The notes under the pieces are model-generated. The model saw nothing but the letters and a program-made list of their open reading frames with translations. It did not search any database and was not told the DNA's origin. This document shows positions 8,480 to 15,816 of a stretch of DNA of 37,749 nt, in pieces (position 1 is the stretch's first letter; the number at the start of each line of letters is the position of its first letter). The DNA comes from Spirochaetaceae bacterium (lineage in GTDB: Bacteria > Spirochaetota > Spirochaetia > DSM-27196 > SLAA01). The stretch spans positions 1-37,749 of the forward strand of contig PUNW01000218.1 in the NCBI GenBank assembly GCA_003552665.1, in the 5' to 3' direction. The translations under genes were made by a program, and so were the position numbers.

Positions 8480-9426
8480 GCGCCGGCGCCAAGCTCCTCG
8501 GCGAGCAGATCCGCCAACACCCGATAGACCTCAGGAGGCAGCTCCTGGGGTCTTTTTTCCGGCGCCCCACCGGCTAAAGCGAGCAACTGCTCGACCCGGG
8601 GGCGGCCAAGCAGCCGGGCAAACCGAGTAGCCGCAAGCGAGTTCCGGAGCGTCTTGCGCCGCGTCACAAAAGCGCCCCGCAGGAGCTCCTGCAGAATTGC
8701 GATGTCGCGGACCTGGTTTTTGTTCCACCGCGGTGTGATCTCCACAACGCTCGAGTTTACCCGCGGCGGCGGATAGAAGCAGCCCCCGGGAAGATCGCGA
8801 ACGCGCCGGATCTCAGCGCGAACCCGGCACAATATCGAGAATGCCGAGTACTCGGGAGTGTTCGGTGGAGCCACCAGGCGGTCGGCAAGCTCGCGCTGGG
8901 TGGTGAACACCATCCGCCGACACAGCAGTCGGCGATCCGACCCTGAGGGCCGGCGGTCCGGCCTTGTCGGCTCGGTCCGCTCATAACCGAGAAGATCTCC
9001 GATGATGCGACCCGCGGAGCTGTACGGCAGGTTCCCCAGGACCGCAACCGGCGGCCTGCTCATAAGCTCCTCGGCAAAGGTATCGCAAACGTCGCCGGCG
9101 ACGGTCGTCAACCGGTTGCTGTGAGCGAAGCGCTCATGGAGAAACCGAACGAAGGCGCGGTCGAGCTCAAACGCCACCACCGGACGGGTGGAACGCTCGA
9201 GCAGCATGGCAGTCATCGCACCGAGACCCGGCCCGATCTCCCATATAGAGCCTTCGCCCTCCAAGCTATCGGGGGCAAGTGCCTCGATGATGAGATTACG
9301 CATGTTACGGTCGATCAAAAAGTTCTGACCCCAGCGCTTCTTCAGCCCGGCTCCCAGGCGGTTGAGGGTACGCTGAATGTCGCGCGGCGAATCGTCGTTG
9401 AGCATCATGGAGGCGGAGTCCGGCAC
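8476..9426 (-). CDS. rsmA: 16S rRNA (adenine1518/1519-N6)-dimethyltransferase
   Basis: KKRWGQNFLID is followed by the SAM motif IWEIGPGLGAMT and NLPYSS. The start may instead be the MML Met at 9408. The stop codon overlaps the dapA stop on the opposite strand. Confidence 0.88.
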   Translation of the reverse strand: MPDSASMMLNDDSPRDIQRTLNRLGAGLKKRWGQNFLIDRNMRNLIIEALAPDSLEGEGSIWEIGPGLGAMTAMLLERSTRPVVAFELDRAFVRFLHERFAHSNRLTTVAGDVCDTFAEELMSRPPVAVLGNLPYSSAGRIIGDLLGYERTEPTRPDRRPSGSDRRLLCRRMVFTTQRELADRLVAPPNTPEYSAFSILCRVRAEIRRVRDLPGGCFYPPPRVNSSVVEITPRWNKNQVRDIAILQELLRGAFVTRRKTLRNSLAATRFARLLGRPRVEQLLALAGGAPEKRPQELPPEVYRVLADLLAEELGAGA

Positions 9427-11134
9427 GGGTGCTCTGATAGTAGCGCAAAACCATAGCCGCTGTTAAGGCACCGAGAACCCAGGGCAGGTCTCGAGCCGTA
9501 ACCGTCAGCTGCGGCGCTGCGGCGAAGAAGCCCGCGGTCGCGGTGATGAGCCGGTACAACTGCTCGGGAGCCCAGCGAATACCCTCGGCCGCATACGCGA
9601 TCCAGGTTTCGGCGGCCCCCGCTACCGACGCGCCGTGCCCTGCGCTCGGCACTCCGGCGACTGCCGCCGGTGCCCCTTGTCCTCCTGCCGCCGACGCTTC
9701 GGCCCCTGCGGCGAGGGGGCCGGAAGCGCTCAGACCGGGAGCAGCCAGACTGGGAGCACCTGACCACGCCGCTTCCAGAATCAGAAGCAGCCCCCACCCA
9801 ACGATACCAACCCAGAGAAAGGCGGTCACCAGGGGCACCAGCACGATGCTGCTGACCACCCCCACCGGGTGCAACACCTCGAAGTTGTAGGCGAGAAACG
9901 GGGCGGTTCCGAGCTGGGCTGCAGTCGCGGCCGCCAGAGGCGCGGCAATCACCGGCGGCAGCCGGCACTGCAGCCGGCGCGCGAGAGGCGGCGCCAGCAG
10001 CGCAATCCCGGCCAGGGCCGCAAACGACAGTTGGAACGACAGCGACTCGAGCCCCACCGGGTCGATCACCAGAACGCCGATGAACGACAGCGCGAGAATA
10101 TCGAGCAACGGCGCTCGGCGGCCCTGAAGATGCAGGTACGCGGCCGGGAGGTACATCAGCAACGCTCGCAGCAACGATGGCCGCAGGCCGACCAGCAAAA
10201 CATATACACACGCCCCAACCGAGGCGGCGACGAGGGCGGCATTCCGGCCGAGCAGCGGCCTGATCAGAAACACGCACAGCGCCGCCAGAATCCCGAGGTG
10301 CATGCCCGACAGCGCAAGCACGTGCATCGCACCGGCTCGACGAAAGCGCTCCACCTCGGCCGGGGCAAGATCCTGCCGCAGACCGAAGACCAACGCCGCA
10401 AACAGCCGTCCGCTCTCACGGCCGAGCACCTGTACGCTGCGTTCCGCGCCGGCCAGCGCACGCGCCCGCAGCCGGAGTCCGGCGGAGCTGAACCCGAGCC
10501 GCGTGATATCGCGCTCGCGCACGCGAAACCACAGCCCGCCCCGCGCGTCACGAAACCCTTCGGCGCCCAACTCCACCCGAACCCGCTCCCCCTGGTAGAA
10601 CGCCTCCCCGGTGCGCAACGTAAGCATCACAGTCCCCGAAGCGTCCACGCGCAGCACCCCCAAGCGCGGGGCGGCGGCGCTTTGCAGCCGAGCCTGCAGG
10701 CGCAGCGCGCCGTCGAGTCCCGGGTGGGCGTCGGCGCGGACGGTTGCCTCGAGGTGCCCGAGCTCTGAGAGCGGTACGCCGAGGGCCGGCGGTCGCTGCT
10801 CGACGGCGCGGCGGTGGCCCGCCCCGGCGGCCAGAAGCAGCAGCACTCCGCAGAGGAGTGCCGGCGCCGCGGCCCGGCAGGCTGCCTTTGAGAGCGGCAC
10901 CCGCGAGAGCGCGATACCGCAGGCGCAGACCGTGAGGCCGAGCACCCCCGCTGTTATCGTTCCCGACGGCGCGTTCCAGCCGCTCAGAAGAACGCCCGCC
11001 CCGAACAACAGCGCCACCCCCGGCGCTCCGAGCCTCAGGCGCCGGACCTGGACCGGACCGCGTGGCGCCCGCCCCGGTAGCACAGCCGACTCCGCCGCCG
11101 CCGGCCACGTGCGTAATCGTAACGTTGCTTTCAC
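9305..11134 (-). CDS. comEC: ComEC/Rec2-family membrane protein (DUF4131-like N-domain plus competence channel domain; no metallo-beta-lactamase domain)
   Basis: 609 aa with a GTG start. It is polytopic, with the conserved LALSGMHLGIL block and many TM helices. No HxHxDH motif is visible. The 3' end overlaps the rsmA 5' end by about 100-120 nt. Confidence 0.72.
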   Translation of the reverse strand: MKATLRLRTWPAAAESAVLPGRAPRGPVQVRRLRLGAPGVALLFGAGVLLSGWNAPSGTITAGVLGLTVCACGIALSRVPLSKAACRAAAPALLCGVLLLLAAGAGHRRAVEQRPPALGVPLSELGHLEATVRADAHPGLDGALRLQARLQSAAAPRLGVLRVDASGTVMLTLRTGEAFYQGERVRVELGAEGFRDARGGLWFRVRERDITRLGFSSAGLRLRARALAGAERSVQVLGRESGRLFAALVFGLRQDLAPAEVERFRRAGAMHVLALSGMHLGILAALCVFLIRPLLGRNAALVAASVGACVYVLLVGLRPSLLRALLMYLPAAYLHLQGRRAPLLDILALSFIGVLVIDPVGLESLSFQLSFAALAGIALLAPPLARRLQCRLPPVIAAPLAAATAAQLGTAPFLAYNFEVLHPVGVVSSIVLVPLVTAFLWVGIVGWGLLLILEAAWSGAPSLAAPGLSASGPLAAGAEASAAGGQGAPAAVAGVPSAGHGASVAGAAETWIAYAAEGIRWAPEQLYRLITATAGFFAAAPQLTVTARDLPWVLGALTAAMVLRYYQSTRAGLRLHDAQRRFAARHSAYPQPPGSRAEEALGSELFDRP

Positions 11135-11236
11135 ACTAGAGTTCTACCGCACGCGGCGGCACGGCGCTTCGCTTAAGGGTCGAGATTGGAGTGTTTAGAA
11201 TCGGCCGCGGCCCCACCCGGCAGCAAGCAGGCCGCG

Positions 11237-12331
11237 CTACAGATCCTCCGGCTCTCCCGCCCCCACCGCTGCCGCCGGCGCGCCCTGTCCGGTACGCGCC
11301 CCACCAGCCCCGCCGGCCTGCGACACGCTCGCGTCTTTGCGTCCGATGCCGAAGACGTAGGCGCGGATCCGGTTCTTCATGACGATGTCGGCGACCTCAG
11401 CCTGCAGGTTCAGGAGAGTCAGATGACGTTTCTCGTCGTACGTGGCCTTTCGCACCGTTCCCGACAGAACCACCGGATGCTCATCGATCTGCGTCTCGAC
11501 TCTCAAGTAGATGCCCGCCTTCGCACGCCCCCCTACTTTGAGCGCGGCACCGTCCTCCGAGATATCCACAATTCGGCAGCGGTAACCGCCGGCTCCGGTA
11601 GGGGTGAAATCTACGTCTTCGGGAGCACGCACCGGAAGCACCCGCCCCGGTGCATTTAGCGGGCCTCGCACTGAACGCCGCTTCTGCTCGCGCTCCATGC
11701 GTTCAGCATGCTCGATGTAGAGAACCGGCCGTGACCGGTTCAGGTAGTCGCCGGTAATCTTGCTGCTAAAGGTATAGGCCGCATCATCGCGGCGCCGGAG
11801 AACGACCCGGACGGTCTTGCCCCGCCAGGTGAAACCGCGCGGCAGCGCCTTGCCTGCCGGGTACGCGATCGAAAGATGGGTCCGGGTGTTTTCAACGATC
11901 CTCGACCGGAACGTTCCGCCGCCCTCGATCACGATCGTCAGCGGTTGGCCCACGTCCAGATTGCGACTGCTCTGAACACCGAAGCGGACATGCGGTTGGT
12001 TCAGAGCGACCGTTTTACGATAGGCAAACAGCTGATCGAGAAACGCCGCGTTCTCCGGGACGTCTTCGAGCCCGTCGCGATAGAACCGCATGTAGATCGT
12101 CTCAATGCAGCGATCGAGCGATCGCTGGGACCAGAACAACGAGCTGGGGTTGAGGAGCCTAGTTTCCCGCGCGACGCGGTGGAGGAGCCTGATCTGGCGC
12201 AGACTGAACCCGGCGTCCTTCCCCGCGGCGTAGAACTCAGGCAGCGAAAACCCGGCACCTGAACGTGCCTGCACCACAAGGATTACACCGACGAGCATGA
12301 GAGCCGACACTATGAAAACAGCCACGATCAC
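11237..12331 (-). CDS. Membrane-anchored PilZ domain protein (predicted c-di-GMP receptor, YcgR-like)
   Basis: GTG start at 12331 with GGGGGTG about 10 nt upstream. N-terminal TM helix IVAVFIVSALMLVGVILVV. The PilZ signature is RRSVR (RxxxR) followed by DISEDG (DxSxxG). Confidence 0.75.
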   Translation of the reverse strand: MIVAVFIVSALMLVGVILVVQARSGAGFSLPEFYAAGKDAGFSLRQIRLLHRVARETRLLNPSSLFWSQRSLDRCIETIYMRFYRDGLEDVPENAAFLDQLFAYRKTVALNQPHVRFGVQSSRNLDVGQPLTIVIEGGGTFRSRIVENTRTHLSIAYPAGKALPRGFTWRGKTVRVVLRRRDDAAYTFSSKITGDYLNRSRPVLYIEHAERMEREQKRRSVRGPLNAPGRVLPVRAPEDVDFTPTGAGGYRCRIVDISEDGAALKVGGRAKAGIYLRVETQIDEHPVVLSGTVRKATYDEKRHLTLLNLQAEVADIVMKNRIRAYVFGIGRKDASVSQAGGAGGARTGQGAPAAAVGAGEPEDL

Positions 12332-12373
12332 AACTTTTTCACCCCCTTATCAGTGTGCGAGTTCGGCTCACTG

Positions 12374-12402
12374 TTGACAAGTACTCGGAAGCCCGGTATT
12401 TC
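12374..12402 (+). promoter_or_regulatory. Possible promoter of the CPBP protease gene
   Basis: Perfect -35 TTGACA (12374-12379), a 17-nt spacer, then a weak -10 TATTTC (12397-12402). ATG 12414 follows 11 nt later with no SD. Confidence 0.25.
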
Positions 12403-12413
12403 ATGAAAGCAGC

Positions 12414-13163
12414 ATGAAACCACACCGAGCCGCTAGCCCTCGCGAGACAGCATACAAGGTGCGTCCTCCCGGGCGAACCCCCCGCCGCATCGTTTCCGAG
12501 ATCCTGCTGCTGTTCCTGGTACTATTCCTTCCCGGAATGCTGGTCACCGGTGAGGCGGTGGACGTTCACCTGTTCGATCACCTCGAGTTCCACATCACCT
12601 ATGCGCTGGTAGCGCTGCCGCAGATCGCTCTGATCGTGTATCTGATCAAGACCGGGCGGGACATGTGGCCTCCCGAGTTCGGCTTGCGTCGTCTGCGATT
12701 ACGAGATTTGCTCTACGCCGGGGTGATTCTGGTACTGCTGTATCTTACCCTGGCAGCCGTGATTGCAACAGCTACAGGTCTGCAGCAGCTGGGCATCGAA
12801 GTGAGCGCACCAACCGGGGGCGGCTTCCGCCTTACGAGGCCTGAGCTGCTGCCGCTCGTCGCAATAACCTCGCTTCTCACCGGCTACCGCGAAGAGCTGT
12901 TCTTCCGCGCATACATGCTGCCGCGCTTGCGGCAGGCGGGCGTAGCCTTCCCTGGCGCGGTACTGGTCAGCACTGCGTTGTTTGCAGTCGGACATCTCTA
13001 CCAGGGGTTACTCGGACTGGCGTTTGCCGCGGTGATCGGCGTGATTCTGGCGCTTGCGTTCCGGCGCCGCCGCAGCGTACACCCTATCGGACTTGCGCAC
13101 GCCGGGTACAATTTCCTCACGCTGGTGTTCACCCTGGCAGTGGAGAACACGATTCCGTCGTGA
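12414..13163 (+). CDS. CPBP family intramembrane glutamic endopeptidase (CAAX protease/Abi family)
   Basis: Polytopic membrane protein. It carries the family motifs REELFFR (EExxxR), FAVGH (FxxxH) and HAGYN (HxxxN). Confidence 0.8.
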   Translation: MKPHRAASPRETAYKVRPPGRTPRRIVSEILLLFLVLFLPGMLVTGEAVDVHLFDHLEFHITYALVALPQIALIVYLIKTGRDMWPPEFGLRRLRLRDLLYAGVILVLLYLTLAAVIATATGLQQLGIEVSAPTGGGFRLTRPELLPLVAITSLLTGYREELFFRAYMLPRLRQAGVAFPGAVLVSTALFAVGHLYQGLLGLAFAAVIGVILALAFRRRRSVHPIGLAHAGYNFLTLVFTLAVENTIPS

Positions 13164-13210
13164 CGGCAGCGGGCCGCGTCGTTATAGCTCATCATAGCCC
13201 CGACGTTCTA

Positions 13211-13240
13211 TTGTCAGCGCAGAAAGTGAAGTAGTATACT
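13211..13240 (+). promoter_or_regulatory. Candidate sigma70-type promoter of the tlpA-like/ccdA operon with leaderless geometry
   Basis: TTGTCA (13211-13216), an 18-nt spacer, then TATACT (13235-13240). Only 7 nt (caacaac, no SD) separate it from ATG 13248. Confidence 0.45.
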
Positions 13241-13247
13241 CAACAAC

Positions 13248-13898
13248 ATGCAAAGGCCAATCAGTTCATTAGTGGTGGTTCTGCTCGGCGCGCTGGCCGG
13301 GATAGTGACCGTCGCGGTGGTGTCTCTGGTCCTTTATCAGCACATTACAGAGTCCACTGTCGAGAGAGCATCAGCCACTGCCGGGGACGCTGAGCCCGGA
13401 GCCGAAGAGGCGCCGGAGTACGATCCGCTGGCAGCCGCGGTCGAGGAGCTGGGTTTCCAGGCCCTGCGAGACGAGGTGATCGCCGAGGAGTTTGAGCTTG
13501 ACAACCTCACCGGCGAGACTGAGACCTTGAGCAGTTATTCCGGCCAGTTAGTGTTGCTCAATTTCTGGGCGACCTGGTGCCCGCCTTGCGTAGAGGAAAT
13601 GCCTTCACTGCAGAACCTGCATACCGACCTCGAGGATGACGCCTTCTCGGTAGTGGCGGTCAACGTTCAGGAAGACCGCGAAACGGTCAACGAGTTTGTG
13701 CAGGAGCTCGGATTGCGCTTTCCGGTGCTGCTCGACCGCAACGGTAAAACCACACGCCGATACGCGGTTCGCGGCATGCCGACCAGCTACCTGATCTCTC
13801 CGGACGGGCGCGTCATCGGCGCCAAGATCGGCTTTCACATCTGGGACGAACCCGGGTACACCGACGGATTTCGCAGGGTATTGGAGCTGAGCTCGTGA
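13248..13898 (+). CDS. TlpA/ResA-family thiol:disulfide oxidoreductase, membrane-anchored
   Basis: N-terminal TM anchor (LVVVLLGALAGIVTVAVVSLVL) and an acidic linker. The thioredoxin fold has the active site WATWCPPC. Confidence 0.85.
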   Translation: MQRPISSLVVVLLGALAGIVTVAVVSLVLYQHITESTVERASATAGDAEPGAEEAPEYDPLAAAVEELGFQALRDEVIAEEFELDNLTGETETLSSYSGQLVLLNFWATWCPPCVEEMPSLQNLHTDLEDDAFSVVAVNVQEDRETVNEFVQELGLRFPVLLDRNGKTTRRYAVRGMPTSYLISPDGRVIGAKIGFHIWDEPGYTDGFRRVLELSS

Positions 13899-14851
13899 GC
13901 CCCGATGTGAACATCCTACTAGCGTTCGCGGGCGGGCTACTGTCGTTCTTCTCGCCGTGCATCGTTCCGCTCGTTCCCTCCTACCTTTCCTATGTCGGCG
14001 GCGCCAGCCTCGATGAGCTGCGGGAGATTGCGGTCGTCAAGCATCGGGTGCTTCTCCGCACCATATTCTTCGTCGTCGGTTTTTCCACAGTCTTCATGGT
14101 ACTCGGTGCGCTGTTTTCGGGCTCGGCGCTCCTGTTTACCGACGCCGGCGTCTATGTCAACCTCGTCGCCGGTACAATCGTAACTCTGCTCGGCATCCAC
14201 ATGATCGTGCCGTTCACTCGCTTTCTGCAGTTGGACCATCGGGTGCGACTGCCGGGCAAGCCCCATAGCTACGGCGGCTCCATGCTGGTGGGCATGGCGT
14301 TCGGGGCGGGCTGGACGCCGTGCATCGGGCCCATTTTGGCCGGGATCCTCTTTCTCGCCGGCAGCAGCGCCGAGCCGGCGCGCGGCATTGCCTATCTTGC
14401 CGCGTACTCCATCGGCCTCGGCCTCCCGTTCATCGGCGCCGCAGCCTTTTTCGACCCGGTGCTGCGCAGACTGCAGGGGCTACGCCGGCATTTCGGTAAG
14501 CTCAAGCTTGCGAGCGGGCTGTTCCTGATCACAATCGGCCTCCTCATCGCGCTCGGACGCTTCCAGTATCTGAACATCGCGCTCATGCGTGTCGGTGTGG
14601 GTCTCGGAGACTGGCACACCGCGAACCCCCTCGCCTCCCGGATCGCCCTCAGCGCGGCAGCTGTCCTGATGGGCGTGTTGCCTCTCGCCCCGCAGGTGCT
14701 TCAGAGGGCGCGAGGCAAAGACCTTCCTCATCCCGGAACAGGGCGTTTGGTCTGGACCGGGCTATGGGTGACGATCGCCGTGCTTCAGCTTGCCGGAGTG
14801 ATTGAGCTCGCCGAGCTGCTGCAATCTTATCTCATGTTCCAGGGTGTCTGA
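13895..14851 (+). CDS. ccdA: Cytochrome c biogenesis protein CcdA / DsbD-type thiol-disulfide transporter, with C-terminal extension
   Basis: GTGA start/stop overlap with the upstream gene (13895-13898). The conserved Cys contexts FFSPCIVPLVPSY and AGWTPCIGPIL are present. About 80 extra C-terminal residues carry additional hydrophobic segments. Confidence 0.85.
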   Translation: MSPDVNILLAFAGGLLSFFSPCIVPLVPSYLSYVGGASLDELREIAVVKHRVLLRTIFFVVGFSTVFMVLGALFSGSALLFTDAGVYVNLVAGTIVTLLGIHMIVPFTRFLQLDHRVRLPGKPHSYGGSMLVGMAFGAGWTPCIGPILAGILFLAGSSAEPARGIAYLAAYSIGLGLPFIGAAAFFDPVLRRLQGLRRHFGKLKLASGLFLITIGLLIALGRFQYLNIALMRVGVGLGDWHTANPLASRIALSAAAVLMGVLPLAPQVLQRARGKDLPHPGTGRLVWTGLWVTIAVLQLAGVIELAELLQSYLMFQGV

Positions 14852-14879
14852 CCTGGGTGCGCGGGTGCGCGTGGCCGGC

Positions 14880-14909
14880 TTGCACATTCGAAAGCCCCAC
14901 CCCTATAAT
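14880..14909 (+). promoter_or_regulatory. Candidate sigma70-type promoter of fabZ
   Basis: TTGCAC (14880-14885), an 18-nt spacer, then consensus TATAAT (14904-14909). The leader is conventional, with AAGGAA before ATG 14942. Confidence 0.5.
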
Positions 14910-14941
14910 GCAACTCATACCCAAGCGATAAGGAAACACAG

Positions 14942-15364
14942 ATGCAAGAGATTAAGCAGCTTATCCCGCACCGTGAGCCTTTTCTATTCGTAGACAAGCT
15001 GGAAAAGTGCGACGAAGACGAGATCATCGGGTCTCACACCTTCAGCGCCGACGAGTTCTTCTTCCCGGGGCACTTCCCTGACTATCCGGTGGTTCCGGGG
15101 GTTATTCTGGTGGAGACAATGGCTCAGTGTGGAGGCGCCGGAATCCGGCAACTTGGTAAGCTCGGCGATGATGCCCTGTTTTTCCTGGCCGCGGTCGACA
15201 AGACGAAGTTCCGCCGCCAGGTCCGCCCCGAGGAGACCGTCCGACTGGAAATCAAGAACCTGCGGGTTACTCCGCGCATGATCAAACAGAGCGGCAAAGC
15301 GCTGGTGGGCGACGAAGTCGCTGCCGAGGCCGAGTGGATGTGTGTGGTAGGAAGCAGCACCTGA
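14942..15364 (+). CDS. fabZ: 3-hydroxyacyl-ACP dehydratase
   Basis: 140 aa. IPHREPFLFVD and GHFPDYPVVPGVILVETMAQCGG are classic FabZ hot-dog motifs. Confidence 0.88.
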   Translation: MQEIKQLIPHREPFLFVDKLEKCDEDEIIGSHTFSADEFFFPGHFPDYPVVPGVILVETMAQCGGAGIRQLGKLGDDALFFLAAVDKTKFRRQVRPEETVRLEIKNLRVTPRMIKQSGKALVGDEVAAEAEWMCVVGSST

Positions 15365-15711
15365 GTTCCAAGCAACGCACGCAACCGCCGGACCGCGCCC
15401 TCGTGACGACGCTGCGCTCCGTTGACCGCGTACAGGCGCAAAACGCGCTCATGACCAGCAGCGATCGCGATCTCGCCCTCGCTCTGATGTATCTTGAGGA
15501 CCGTGAACGTGCTGCGGTGTTTGCGCGCGTCTCACCGGCGAAAGCGGCCAGAGTGCATAGTGAGCTGCTGCTGCAGCAGCGTCTGCGGATTGAATACCGT
15601 CAGTACCTGGACGCCGTCGAGCGCGTAATCAGCCGGTTACGCGGGGCGGGCCGCCGCTCCGGCGTCGCGAGCTACCTTAGGCCGCGGCGCACCGGCCGGC
15701 AGATCTCGTAG
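15334..15711 (+). CDS. Stand-alone FliG C-terminal-domain-like protein
   Basis: The segment AQNALMTSSDRDLALALMYLEDRERAAVFARVSPAKAARVHSELLLQQRLRIEYRQYLDAVERVISRLRG aligns by eye with the FliG C-terminal domain (..REVD.RDLALALKGAS.E....F.NMSKRAA..L.E.......V....VEEAQ..I...IR.LE). The start is uncertain: ATG 15334 overlaps the fabZ end, and the in-frame GTG 15403 is an alternative. Confidence 0.55.
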   Translation: MDVCGRKQHLSSKQRTQPPDRALVTTLRSVDRVQAQNALMTSSDRDLALALMYLEDRERAAVFARVSPAKAARVHSELLLQQRLRIEYRQYLDAVERVISRLRGAGRRSGVASYLRPRRTGRQIS

Positions 15712-15717
15712 CCTCAG

Positions 15718-15750
15718 GCATACGCCTCAAGCATACGCCCGGCATGCCCC
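15718..15750. repeat. Short direct repeat GCATACGCC x2 plus degenerate third copy GCATGCCCC
   Basis: GCATACGCC occurs at 15718-15726 and 15731-15739, and GCATGCCCC at 15742-15750. All lie in the convergent intergenic region 15712-15822. Confidence 0.6.
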
Positions 15751-15816
15751 GGGATCGCCCGGCACGGTCCGGTATCGGCCGGCCTTCCCCGGAATCGGCC
15801 CCTGTAATCGGCATGA
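15747..15816. repeat. Degenerate tandem repeat of about 20 bp (3.5 units) with core CCGGnATCGsCC
   Basis: The units are ccccgggatcgcccggcacg (15747-15766), gtccggtatcggccggcctt (15767-15786), ccccggaatcggcccctgta (15787-15806) and a partial atcggcatga (15807-15816). ATCG cores sit at 15754, 15774, 15794 and 15807. Full units match pairwise at 12-13 of 20 positions. Confidence 0.6.

Noticed and set aside
9405-11108. Several 180-300-aa ORFs in other frames of the comEC region (9405-10277 minus, 9869-10768 plus, 10548-11108 minus, 10611-11198 plus).
   Set aside because: All are extremely Arg/Pro/Ala/Gly-rich with no TM or domain signal. The comEC frame gives a coherent polytopic membrane protein with the conserved competence-domain block.
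12403-12417. A four-codon mini-ORF (ATG AAA GCA GCA TGA) overlapping the CPBP start codon.
   Set aside because: It is too short to support. It has no SD and could arise by chance in the AT-richer promoter-proximal sequence.
12414-13163. The CPBP/Abi-family protease as an abortive-infection or bacteriocin-immunity (defence) gene.
   Set aside because: There is no adjacent toxin, bacteriocin, phage-related or other defence gene. The flanking genes are housekeeping. The family is very broad, so the name alone does not support a defence call.
13248-14851. Calling the TlpA-like/CcdA pair a cytochrome c maturation System II locus.
   Set aside because: ResB/ResC (CcsBA) and heme-handling genes are absent from the window. 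The pair alone only supports a generic periplasmic reductant-transfer function.
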